A program made the translations under genes and the position numbers. A stretch of 64,000 nucleotides of DNA. Origin: the human T2T-CHM13v2.0 reference genome, Homo sapiens. The DNA lies in assembly GCF_009914755.1 (NCBI RefSeq), contig NC_060937.1, one strand, 5' to 3'. Of the stretch, positions 10,825-24,060 are shown piece by piece. The notes beneath the pieces were generated by a model. That model was not told the origin of the DNA. It made no database searches and saw nothing but the letters and a program-made list of their open reading frames with translations. The stretch's first letter is position 1. Each line of letters starts with the position of its first letter.

Positions 10825-13364
10825 TAGAAGGACTCATGATTATGACCTGGGACTTCACTATATTCTAAGGGCAATCATCCATGAAGTATTTTATAGGGCA
10901 GAAAAAGAAAACTGCTACCCTTATGTCAGTTGCTGTTTATAAATAAGTAGTGCTGTTTGCAAGGAGGAATGTTGGCTTTGTCACAGTGCAAACAATAACT
11001 GTTCTTCATTTTCAGGGGCTTAGTAATGTTCATGAATAAAGCAGAACAGCCCAGGATAATACAAGAGTTTGTTTCCCATTGGTGGTTTTGCTATAAGATT
11101 TTCTGCTTTAAAAATATTTTGGAAATATTTGTTATAAATATTTTGTTTCTTTATACATGACAGTATGGTGTGATGCATGGAGAAATAGGGGAAATTGATG
11201 GAGAGTCATCTTCTGTAAAAAACAACTCTTATCCAGCTTATATATTTTTCAATTTTTAAATCTCTGTTTAAATAAAATAATGAAATTTAGTTTTTTAATT
11301 TGTAACTATGCAAAAATTTCAACATGACTTTCAAAAAATAAAAAATAATATTTTAGAGGACACTATTGGAAGCTTGTGTTTTGTTTTAATATTTGGAAGA
11401 TAAGGTTAAAATGTTATATCTTTCCTTAGAAATGAACCTTTTCTTATTTCTTTCAACTTCATTATGCTCATATATTTCTAAAATATATGGTGGATACTAA
11501 GTCTTTATTCTGGAAAATTTCCAGTTATATATATAACTGGAAATGCATTATTCTAAAAAAATGTTATTGCTAGAGTCTGAGTATAAGTGACATTTAGAAC
11601 AAAAATTATTTAACTTTTTTTTGATTTCATCTCTTGGCTAATTATATTTTGATTCCTTGATTATATGTTTTTGAAAGATTGGCAAGCCTGTCCTCTGGGG
11701 TTGAAATGTTAGATTCAGGAATTTATTAAAAAATGATTGCTATTTTTAATGAAATGTAGGAATATGCTTGAAATTAAATATATTTAAAAAGCAGGTGAAT
11801 TGAGAATATGAATATAACTTACGGATTTTTATCCTTTATGCTAACAGATACTGGTTACTGTAAAGTGTATAGCTATCGTATAGCTGCTACTGTAAAACTA
11901 AAGTATATATGTATATATATAGCAAAAGACACAGGATATAGTTAATATTCAAATATATTAATGAATATGAAGACAAATAGATTTATATAAATGTTACAAT
12001 ATCAAGCATAGAGTACATTAATCTTATTTAAGTCACTTCAGCTATACTTTACAGAAATGGACTATATTTAAAATTTTTCCTAGGAAGAATAAAGGCGTAT
12101 TGCTATTTTTAACATTAAGAATTACTTGATCAAGATTAAGAGAACAGGCAGCCTAGGCTGGTAGTGTTGGGGAGACTTATTTCTATGTGTAGCACTGAGA
12201 GCAGATATACAGCAAATGTAAGTAAATTAACTATATGAATAAAGGAATGAATGAATGAATGGTACTTAGCAAGAAAATGGTTCAGAAATAAAATGAGAGA
12301 TTCATTTCCTCTCTCCTCCCTCCCTCCTCCTTCTTCCTTTCTTTTATTCCTCTGTTGATGCATTTAATATATCTTTTGAGCACCTACTGGGTGCCAGCAT
12401 CATTAGGTACTTAGATTGTACACAGTGTCAAAATGTTAAATCCATTATACTTTTACTGGATCATTCAGACTCCTAATATGCCAACATATTTATTAGTTTA
12501 TTAATTTCTAAACTATAAAGGGGCACATGATAGTGTTTATGTCAGTGGCATGCTGAATGGGATTGCATTCTTTTCCTTGTTCAGTTTTAGGCAGTGCATG
12601 GTTTAGTGTGTTATCTAATACAGCAGCTATCAGTGCAATTGGTCTTTATTCAACTGTCCTTTATCTCTGCAATGTTAAAAATTGTTTCTTTTGAATCGGC
12701 GTCAACAGGCTTATATTAATTATGAGAAACCAAGCAATTTTCCTGTTCTAGATAAAAGTTGCAAGAGCTTAAATTACTTTTCAGCTGGAAATAAAGCTTG
12801 CTTCATATGAAATAATATCAATAGTAGAAAAATATTAACTATAGATCTAAGATCAGGTTTACTTTTCCAAGTTTCTTTTTTAAACTCTAAGAAGTAAACT
12901 TTTAGTTGTTTTAATTCTGACAGATGATAGTTATGATAATATCACCTATGGCTATGGTAATCTCATCTTGCAAGCACAGTAATTTGCTTATAGCTGGTGA
13001 AACAGTTCTTGATTTTATATTAAATACACTTTCAGTTAAATCTTTTCAATGTAAGAACTGTACATCTATTGGCTAGATGAATTGACATTTAATCAGATAT
13101 TTATCATTTTGCTATTTGTTTTTAATTTTTGAAACTCAGAGCAGATACTCAGCAAATATAATTAAATGAACTGCATGAATAAATGAATGATACTTAGCAA
13201 GAAGACTTGTGAAATAAAACAAGAGATTCTCTCTTTCCTTCCCTCCTTTCTTCTTCCCTAACAGTAGCTAGTATCTGTTAGCATAAAGGAAGAAAATACA
13301 TAAATTATATTTATATTCTCATTCTAGATTCACCTGCTTTTTAAAATAAGATATTCAATTTCTC

Positions 13365-13440
13365 AAACCCCTGGGCTCAAACTCTGTTGCTCAAATAATC
13401 CTCCAACCTCAGCCTCCTGAGCTGGGACTACAGCCATGCT
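13365..13440 (-). mobile_element. Alu/FLAM fragment
   Basis: ctcaaataatcctccaacctcagcctcctgagctgggactacag. Confidence 0.65.
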
Positions 13441-13619
13441 TATATTCATTTAATCTTATGCAGAGGGAATCATAGAAATGACTCTTGAACGCTACTTATG
13501 TGTTGAGTAAAGGACAGGACATTTGGGAGATTACAACTAGTTATGTTTTTGAGATTAATCTGTGTGTCTATCTATCCATCCCTTTTATCCATTTAATTTG
13601 ATTTATAAAATTCATTTTT

Positions 13620-14030
13620 ATAAATATGTGACATTTATTCATTCTTCTGTTGATGGATATTTTAATAATTTGTAACCTATTTTTGCACTTAAAATGTTGC
13701 AGTGAACATTCTTGATCATATCTCCGTGAGTGCTTGTTTCTCCAGGGTTCACACATAGAAGCACAATTGTGGTTTATAGGCTATGCACTTGTTTACTTTA
13801 CTAGATATTTACTAAAATTGCTCTTCTAAGTAGCAAAACCAATTGAAACTCACTCTAGTGGTTTGTGTGCATTGTCATATTTTCACATTTTTCCTAACAC
13901 TTAAGTATTGTCAGAATTTTAAAAGTTTTACTGAACTGATAATGATGTTGTATCTTGTTTTCTAAATGTGTGGTCCTCTCTGATTATTAGGGTGTCTGCA
14001 TATCACTTCACATGCAGTTCTTTATTTTGT
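13620..14030 (-). mobile_element. Old L1ME-type fragment
   Basis: tttattcattcttctgttgatggatattt...gcagtgaacattcttg. Confidence 0.65.
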
Positions 14031-16377
14031 ATTTTATTTATTTTCCCTTATGAATAAATCATACCAACATGTGTACACACTTAGAGGATGTATACCATGT
14101 TGTATTTTGTATGTATTTAAAATTTCTGTCCTAGGTACAGATATCACATTGGATTTCTACATCTTAAAGTTTTAACTAAAGTAATTGGAATTTCTTTTTA
14201 TGTGCTATAGAAATCCAAGCTCCCCACGAAGTTTCTGCACATCCCAAGGCTTGCAGTCACATAGTCACTCCTACCTCTGCTCCCTTGCTTTTAAAAAATT
14301 TGCTGTTGTCTGCCTCTTTCCTGTCATATTAGCTGTATATGATTTTTTTCTCAATTTCCAGTTCCCAAAACACACACACATTATATACATGCAACCCACT
14401 CATGATGTATGTGTAAAATAACTTTTATGAAATGATGATTATAGAGGAAGACAAAGTCTAAAGACCACATACTTTCAATAATTTCAAATTGAATGTTGAT
14501 TTCTATTTTTGCAAGTCTTTTTCAGCCCTCCAACATCAATCCATGAAGCCGCCATTCTCAGCTCATTCTCTCTGGCCCAGAGATCTCCCATTCTTGTGTG
14601 ATACTCTCCTCTCCTCCCCAGATAGTGAGATAATGTATCTTCCAGTCTCTTACATTTATTATATAAGCAGAGAAATATTAAATACCCACCGCAGGGCTCT
14701 GAGGATGAATGTAAACTGAATGCTTTTTGATCAGCCTGTTGTCTGTTAGATATTTTGGGAGTAACAATTTTTCCAAACCAAACATACAAAGTATGGTGAT
14801 CCTGTATAAGGTATAGACAAAGTGTATAATCTTTTTTTTTAGTATTAGTTAAATTGAGTTCATTTTATATTTCCAAATGTTAACTTTTTTTTTTCTTTTT
14901 GCAAAATGTTAACTTTTGCAATCCATGGAAAGAAATAAACAATTATTAGCTGCTTTTAAAAGAGAACCAATTTATCTTAGGAATGTTTGCTTTTAAAAGC
15001 AATAATAATCTGCAAAGTTAATAATTTTTTTAAGATCCAAAATATATTGTATTTAAATGATTTTTTATTTCTTATACTAAATATTTTAGGAAAAAGTAAA
15101 ATCAGCTTAATTAAAATAGCATTTTTCTAATTAATGTGTGGAAATATATATCAAGGGAAAATTGTAATGTAAGCATTGTGTGGTATGACACTCATTTTGT
15201 AATTCAATATTTATGAATTCTTTAAAAAAATTTTTACCCCGTGGAACAAACTTAAAAATTATATTGATAATGATATATAAAACTTGCATGCTGTAAAAAG
15301 TAAAATTCACGTGGGTGTTTTGTTTTGTTTTCTAGTTTAGCCCTGTGCACTTAGCATATGAATATGGGATTTTTTTTTTTTTTTGCCAATGGTATCAACT
15401 AACATATTTTGCAAACACGTGTCATGGAATTATTATTTCTATGCAGTAAAATGTTTTAATATTGAAAGTAGGGTATTTCCCTATTTATAAGAGGCTGGTG
15501 GAAAGACAAAGACTGAGGGAGCATTTGAATACATTTAAGTCTATTTTATGTGAAGAACAAAGTTACAGTAAAATTGCGTAATAATTTGATCACAAATTAT
15601 TACTATCCTATTACTATTATAAATTCTATTAACAAATTTTGTTGAAATGTATCTTGATGTATTACATTACTTGCCAGCTTTTTTGATAGGGCTTTTTTCA
15701 TAGCTATTTTTGTATCAAAATATTTAGTTTTTGGAAGCATGGCTTACCCTGTTAAATATCCAATGTAACTAATTAGTTTAAAAAATAACATTTTCAGTAT
15801 TTTGAGGTCTTATGGTTTGTTTTTTCAAGACCCTACAAAATTTTATCTATGATGGTTAGTGACCACATTAATTAGTTTTACAGTAAAGATAAAATAATGA
15901 TACTATAAAAAATATCTAAGACGTTATTTTAAAACTCAATAATGTATCTATTTTTACCTTTTACTTTATCATGAGATGTTAATTTGCATTTGTCATGGTT
16001 ATTATGTGGCATATAGCACATGACAGCATCTTGTTCTTCCTTCTGCCTGTTGTCAGAACACTCAATTTTTGGGGTGACCACACTCAATAGCCATGTGCAT
16101 AGGGACAATGCACCCTGCCGCAGCACAGGGGATGACATGAAATGGAAGTGCGTATGTAGTTTGAAATAGTTTTTGTGGGAAATAGAAAAGGTAATTAACC
16201 AAAAACCAGGTAGAAGGTTAACATTGGAGACATGTAATTAATAGTAAAACTTGTATCTATGATGGTGTGACTGCTTTCGTTTTCATCCTTTCCTAGTGCC
16301 TAGGGAGAAAGTACAAGTAGAGGAGCACTGACACGTGGTTGAGCAGGTACAGTGGAAGGCTGAAGGTGGTAGGAGGT

Positions 16378-16904
16378 CCATTCATCCATCCAACAATCAT
16401 GGGGCAGCCTGAATGTGCCAGCACTGTTTAAAGTGCTTGGATGCATGGGTGAATGAAACAAAGATCCCTGTCTTGATAGTTCCCATTTCAGCCAGGAAAG
16501 ATAGAAAATAAACAAACATAATAACAGATACAAGTTAGGATGTATTAAATGTTTAGAAAAATATATAGAGCAGAGTGAGGGGGATGGAAATACTAGAGGG
16601 CTGCAATTTTAAATTGGATAATCAGGGAAAAAGTGGCATTTCAGCAAAAATTTGAAGAGAGTGAAGGAGTTAGTCATGTGGATACCTGGGAGAAACACAT
16701 TCCAGGACCAGGAAATAGCTGTAAAGTAGAGGTGGGCCTCAGCTGTCAGAGGAATAGCAGCAAGGAGGCAGCATGTGTGGAGCATACGGAGGGTGATCGG
16801 AAAGGATATCACCGAGGCCAGGTCGTCTGGGGCCTGTTAGGCATTTATTCTGAAACAGGAGTTTTTATGATAGGTGTGATTTGATTGTAAAATAATCACT
16901 GTCT
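16378..16904 (-). mobile_element. L2a 3' end (continues at about 17861-17980 after the L1PB insertion)
   Basis: cattcatccatccaacaa...aatgtgccagcactgt; cattccaggaccaggaaatagc. Confidence 0.75.
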
Positions 16905-16905
16905 T

Positions 16906-17762
16906 CCCACAGCCAACATTATATTGAATGGGGAAAACTTGAAAACATTCCCCGCCAAGAGCTGGAACAAGACAAGGATGCCCACTTTCACCACTTCTAA
17001 TCAATGTAGATATACAAATGATGAACAAACATGAAAACATGCTCAACATCACGAATTATCGGGAAATGCAAATCAAAACCACAGTGTAATACCACTTTAC
17101 TCCTGCAAGAATGGCGATAATTAAAAAATAAAAAAAAATAGATGTTGGCATGGATGCGGTGAAAAGGGGGCACTTTTACACTACTGGTGGGAAGGTAAAC
17201 TACCCTGATTACATTGATCCAGCAATCCCACTACTGGATATCTATCCAGAGGAAAAGAAGTCATTATATGAAAAAGACACTTGCACACATGTGTTTATAG
17301 CAGCACAATTTGCAATTGCAAAAATATGGAAGCAGCCCAAATGTCCATCAATCAATGAGAGGGTAAAGAAAATGTGGTGTATATGCATGTATATACCATG
17401 GAATATGACTCATCTATAAAAAGGTACAAAATAATGGCATTTGCAACAACCTAGATGGAATTGGAGACCATTTTTCTAAGTAAAGTAACTCAGGAATCAA
17501 AAACCAAACATCGTATGTTCTCACTGATAAGTGGGAGCTAAGCTATGAGGATGCAAAGACATAAGAATGATACAATGGACTTTGGGGACTCGTGAGGAAG
17601 GGTGGGAGGGGGGTGAGGGATAAAAGACTACACTGGGTACAGTGCACACTGCTTGGGTGATGGGTGCACCAAAATTTCAGAAGTCACCGCTAAAGAACTT
17701 ATCCATGTAACCAAACTCCTCCACCTGTACCCCAAAAACCTATTGAAATTAAAAAAAAGAAA
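16906..17762 (+). mobile_element. L1PB (L1PB1-like), 5'-truncated and internally deleted
   Basis: ORF2 C-terminal remnant (DPAIPLLDIYPEEKKSLYEKDTCT, ORF 17150..17419), an L1PB 3' UTR and an A-tail. Confidence 0.9.
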
Positions 17763-17764
17763 AG

Positions 17765-17860
17765 AAGGTTGGAGTGAGCCATGATTGCACCACTATACTC
17801 CAGCTTGGGAGACAGAGCAAGACCCTGTCTTAAAAAATAATAAAATGAAATAAAAAATAA
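17765..17860 (+). mobile_element. AluJ/FLAM 3' fragment in the L1 A-tail
   Basis: gtgagccatgattgcaccactatactccagcttgggagacagagcaagaccctgtct followed by an A-rich tail. Confidence 0.85.
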
Positions 17861-18820
17861 AATAAGCACTCTATCTAGTTGTCTAATCTATCATAGCCTA
17901 CAGAAAAGAGGCACCGTGGTGACTTGGGTGTTTGCAGTGGAGGTGGCAAGATGTGGTCAGCTTCTATATCTCTTATGATCCTTAGTGGGCCCTGGACATA
18001 GTAAGAAAAGAATTGAAGCCCAGGGCATCCTGATAATGGTAAAATATATCAGGGTTGCATCAGTGATGTAGGTGCCTGGAGGGTAGTGGATTAAAGAAGC
18101 CCAGGCTGTAGGAGGGGCTTCCACATGGACTTGAGTCTCCAAGTCTGTTGGTAGAGTTGGAGTGAGACAAACTGTGACCTGTTTCTCCAGAGTTCTCAAA
18201 GAAAGGAGGAAATTGGTGGTGTGACAGAGACATCCAGTGGAGGCTAAGCTTATACAGGGTAGAAGAGTAATTAATGGTCTTGGAAGAGCCAGGAGATTTC
18301 CAGTGTCCCTCTAACTGTCTGGCTCTGTAAAGTGATAGACATATTTCTGTAATAAAATATATCTAGATATGAAAATACAATTGATTTTGATATAATTCAC
18401 AATTCTACACAACAAAACATATTGCCAATATTTAGCATAATTTAAGAGTAAAGGGCATTCAAGAAATAATGCAAATAAATAAATCAACTTGAGTTAAATT
18501 TATAACAAACTTTGAAGGGGGAATATGTATAATGCGATAGCATTGTATAAAGTTATATGATGAAAATCATGAGTTTGTATATGAGAAATTTGTTTTCACT
18601 TTATAAAATATACAACATGCTTATGTAAAAATTGAAAATAGAATTATTTATTAGTCAATAACCCAGTTAGCAAGTAAAGTTCTATGGTGAACTTAAGCCT
18701 CTTGGGACTCAATTTTGAAGTCTTAGTGGTAATTCTCATAATAGGAACACATTTGCTCTTCTTATATGAATCAAATTCTTTTAACCAAACAATATTAATA
18801 GTTATCAATCATTTAAATAA

Positions 18821-19172
<352 letters not shown>

Positions 19173-19924
19173 TAGAAATATTTGCAGTTTGTGTAAGTGA
19201 CATTACTGTCAAATTTAAAATTATAAAATGGCATAATAACTTATTGTAAACTATGAAACATAGTTTATTAAAAATGTAGAAGTGTTCTTAATATTTCAGC
19301 TTTTTTTTTTCTATAGGCTTGGGGGAATATCAGATTAAGATGAAAATATTACACCATCATCCATAATATTGATTTGGTAAAAGGATAAGATAAAATGAAA
19401 AATAAGATACCTTTCTTTCCTCAGACAAATAGAGGACTTAAATTTTACAACCATTTCTCAATGTAGCTGTTCATGCTGGGAAATTACCCATGCATATCTT
19501 TATGCTTTTATCATAAAATATATGTAGCAATAAATGTGGTATAGATGCTATAGCTTTTATGCAGAAGGCAAAGGGCTTGAAATGGCATCTCAAGACCCAG
19601 AGAGTGAGAACAGTAAATAAAGGGTAATTGTTGGATAGCTGTGCTGAGCTCATTTTTTTCCAGGGTAATGCTGCCTATGGGCTAACTTTTGTATAAACAA
19701 AGATAATCGAACTTTTGCACCTTAAAGGATATTGTTTTCTTGTACTCTTTATTTGACTTCATTCCCTCAGGGCATAGACTTAACTTGAATGTTAACTTAG
19801 GAAACATATTCAATATTATTTTCCTTAAGTAGAAATAAATTGAAGATGCTTTGTAGTAGAACAAACATTGGTCTTTGGTGTGGGAAACTGATTTTGTGAT
19901 AGGATAGGGAATATGCCTAAGGAT

Positions 19925-20195
19925 TTAAGAACAAGGGTCTAGAGTTAAAGGGTCTGGGTTTGGATCTGGTCTCAAGACTTGCCATCTGGGCCTCAGTTTT
20001 CCTTGCTTGTATAATGGGATAACAATAGTAACTTCTTCTAGCTGGACCTCAATATCCTTGCTTGTAGAATGGAACGATAATAGTACCTTCTTCTAGGCTA
20101 CAATTAATGAGGATTAATGGAGGTAGTCCCTGTAAAGTACTTGGTTTGGTGCCTCGTACATAATGAACACTCAACATATATTAGCTATTATTTAT
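19925..20195 (+). mobile_element. MIR with an internal tandem duplication
   Basis: The MIR core ctgggcctcagttttccttgcttgtataatggg appears twice. The 3' end reads cactcaacatatattagctattatt. Confidence 0.82.
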
Positions 20196-21579
20196 TTATT
20201 TATGGAGGATATTTTTTCCTCAATATTTGATAGGCAGTAAAACATTTCATGGCAGAAGTTGTCTGATAGCTTTTCTTTAAGCGTGTTATGGCAAATGGTC
20301 TGAAGCCAATTGTCACATTATAAGAAGTGCTGCAGGGCCCAGGCAGAAGAAGGGTGTTGGTGGTCCAAACTCCTAGATCCCTTCTTGGATTACTGTGCCT
20401 GATGGGGCTGCCAAGAGTCACATTGTGAGTGCTTAGGATTATGGGCAAAAATACCCTCTAAATTCGCAAAGACCAGCCATTGAGAACAATTATTTGATGA
20501 ACAATAATAATTGGTGCATTTTTAAAGCAGACTTTTCTGCTGCCCACTGGTAATAAAATGAAATTTCAGATTGTATTAAGTGGTATTAAATTGCTATGTT
20601 TTGACTCTCACTGTAATGGAAACCAACGTGAATACTAAAATCTAAGGTTTAACTAACAGACTCATGCAGAGGTACAGAGTCCATGAGAAATTATTCAATG
20701 ACTGGCTTAACAAACGCCGTGGTCTTATTAGTGTCCTTCTCCAAATGAGAATATATAGAAGAGGCTTTAAAGTTTTGACGTCACTTATTCATTCTGATCA
20801 CATTTGGGGGTGTTTGTAGTTTATGTTGGTATATGTCTTCCTAAAGCTAAGCTTTTTGATTATGCTTTGTGAGTTATTAGATAGTATCATTAACTTCAAA
20901 TTAGTCCTTTTCAAAACAGCACAGAATAAATACATGCAGAGCCCTCAGAATAATGTGAGAGGTTTTGTGCATGATAGAATACGGCATAAAATTTAAGATG
21001 TCACTGAATTACTGTGAAGGGCAATTTTTATTTTGGTTTAAATGTTGCTAGTCATAGTTTCATAAAATTATCTATTGGATAACTACATTTCCTACCCGCT
21101 GAAAATGTGAAATATCATTGCGTATCTGTAAGACATTGTAGAGGGTTTCCTCTTTACATAAGGAAAGCTAGTGTAGAAGGAGGTGGGCCCTTAAAGTCTC
21201 TGGAAAGTATAATTTGGGAATCCTCTTCTCAAATCATACTTAGGACGGGTGGGTCAAAAGTGTCCATTGGTTCAAGAAGGAATGATAAATGCTGTGTTCA
21301 CATTCTGATTTCTGATGTGCTTACATACTAGCTATAGTCCCAGGGCAATGCTTTAGGATGATCTAGGCCAACTGCTTTATTTTTATTATAAACCTTCAAA
21401 GTAGACTTAAATTATCTATGTATCTGGCAACTTCTACTCAATATATTTAGTATATTTTAATGAAATTATATATTTTGAATGCAGATTATATTAAAGAATA
21501 TATTTAATGATTGGTACCACTGTTCTAGAAAGCAATTTGACAGCACTAGGTTAAATATGTATTTTCTACTGGTTATATA

Positions 21580-21919
21580 CAGTCACCTTTGATATCTGGC
21601 AGTGGGGGGATTTGTTCCAGGACCCCCTTGAATACCCAAATCCACAGAAGCTCAGGCCCCCCATATAAAATGGCATAGTATTTGCATATAACCTACTCAA
21701 ATCCTCCCGTATACTTTAAATCATCTCTCGATTACTTAAAATACTTAATGCAACACCTCTACATCACTTCATTTGCATGGTTTCAACATAGTATTTGGTG
21801 TGTGGCAAATTCAAGTTTTGCTTTCTGGAGCTTTGTGGAATTCTTTTTTTCTGAATATTTTCAGTACATGGTTGGTTGAATCCATGGGTGCACAACCCAT
21901 AGATACAAAAAGCCAACTG
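21580..21919. mobile_element. MER2/MER2B DNA transposon (TcMar-Tigger)
   Basis: Ends cagtc...aactg flanked by TA. Internal atataaaatggcatagtatttgcatataaccta. Confidence 0.88.
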
Positions 21920-21989
21920 TATATTGGAAAATTTTTAAGGAGACTATAAAGATACACGTCCAAGCATGTTAATTGTAGTGTTTGTTCAA

Positions 21990-23558
21990 GTCAAGCTTTT
22001 TCTAAAATTTATGTGGAAAGGCAGAGGACCTAGAATAGCTGAAACAATTTTGAAAAAGAAGTGGGAAGAATCACTTTACCTAATAATAAGGCTATACAGC
22101 TATAGTAATTAAACATGTGGTATTGACGAAGGGATAGACACGTAGAACAGATTAGAGAACCCACAACAGACCTACACAAATATGCCTGATTTTGACATAG
22201 GTACAAAGGCTATTCAATGGAGAAAGAATATCCTTTTCAACAAACTGTGTTGAGAAATTGAATATTCATAGGGGAAACCTAAACTTTGTACATTATACAA
22301 AAATGAACCCAAAATAGATCATATAGTTTATGTAAAACTGTGAAACTTTTAGAAAAGAAAATTGAAGAATCTTAGGGACCTAGGTCTAGAAGAACAGTTC
22401 TTAGATTAGACAACAAGAACACCCATGTTTCATAAAAGGGAAAGTTGGGCCTTGTGAAAATTACAAACCATGTTCAGAGAAAGGTTAAGAGAATGAAAAC
22501 ACTGTAAGCAAATAATTGCAAACTGCATATGTGATGAAGTACTTGTATCTAGAATATATTAAAAATTCAACAGTTAAAAAAACCCAGTTTAAGTAGAAAA
22601 TGAACAAAATATATGAATAGACATTTTACAGAAGGGGTATGCAGATGACAACTAAGTACATGAAAAGATATGCAACATCTAGCTTTCCTGGAAATATAAT
22701 TCAAAGCTATAATGAGATATCACTACACCCTATCAAGTATGGTGAAAATGAAAATAGTAATAACACCAATTGTTGACAAGGATGTAGAGAAACTGGATCA
22801 CTGAGGCACTGTTCATGGTAATATAAAATGGCACAGTCTGGAAAACAGTTGGCAGTTTCTATTAAAATTAAACCTGCACTTATTGTATTGTCCAATAAAT
22901 GCACGCTTGGACATTTATTCAGAGAAATGAAGTATTATGTTCATGCATAGAACTATACACGAATGTTCATAGCAGCTTTATTTGTAGTAGCCCCAAACAG
23001 GAAATTAATGTGCTTCAACAGGTGAATGGATAAACAAATTGTGTTATGTCCATATCGTGGAATATGACTCAGCAATAAAAAGGAATGAACTATTGATACA
23101 TGCAAACAATTGGATGGACTTTAATGGAATTATGCTGATTAAAAATATAACATTCTTGAAATAACAAAATAACAGAGATGGAGAAAGATAAGTTGTGGTT
23201 CCCTGGGGTTAGGGACGGGAAGAGGGAAAGGTGGACGTGTCTATAAAGGGATAGTATGAGGGAGCTTTGTGGCAATGGAACAGTTCTGTGTCTTGATAGT
23301 GGTGATGGTTACATGAAGCTACATGTCATAAAATTGCATAGCACTACACACACACAACACACACACACAAATGCATACAAAATCTGAGTAAGCTCTGTAG
23401 ATTCTACCAATGTCAGTTTCCTGGTTTTGATACTGTACTATAGTTATACAAGATGCTTCCCCTGGGGGAGGCTGAGTAAAGGGTGCAAGGGACTTCTCTG
23501 TACATTGTTTTTTCTTTGCAGCATCATCTGAATCTATATCGTTTCAAAACAAAAAGAA
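21990..23558 (+). mobile_element. L1MD/MC-type LINE, ORF2 3' part and 3' UTR
   Basis: Degenerate ORF2 text (cctagaatagctgaaacaattttgaaaaagaa; gaatgttcatagcagctttatttgta) and an L1MD-like 3' end. Confidence 0.85.
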
Positions 23559-23754
23559 ATATAAGCTGAATAATTGCTCTTGGGACATATTCACTTACCT
23601 TAATCAATTTTTAAACTAGACCTGTCTCAGCTCTCAAGTTACTGGTATTTTTCTTAACAATATATTTTTTCAACAGTCTTACTTTTTAAATTGTCTATAA
23701 TCTTCTTGCTTTCTTGATCTCATTCACACTCACTTGCTCTTCATCTTTAATGTC

Positions 23755-24060
23755 ATATTTATTGTAGGGGCAATTAACATACAGTAAAATGCATACTTTT
23801 TAGGTGGGCCTTCTGTGAATTTTGACAAATGTTATTTAGTCATGCAATGACCACCACAATTAGAGAATATTTTCCTCACCCCGAATAGTTACCCTAGATC
23901 TTTGTCTCTTTAATTTTGCCTTTTCCAGAATGTTATGTAAATGGAATCATACATCATGTAGCCTTCTGTGTCTGGCTTCTTCCACTTAAGTACTACAGTT
24001 TTTTTTTCATCTAATCGCAAATTGGAGGTGCTGCATTTTTCTTGTGTTGTGTTGTTGTGA
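23755..24060 (-). mobile_element. Old L1M 3' end
   Basis: acatacagtaaaatgcatacttttt; ttttgccttttccagaatgttatgtaaatggaatcatac. Confidence 0.7.
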
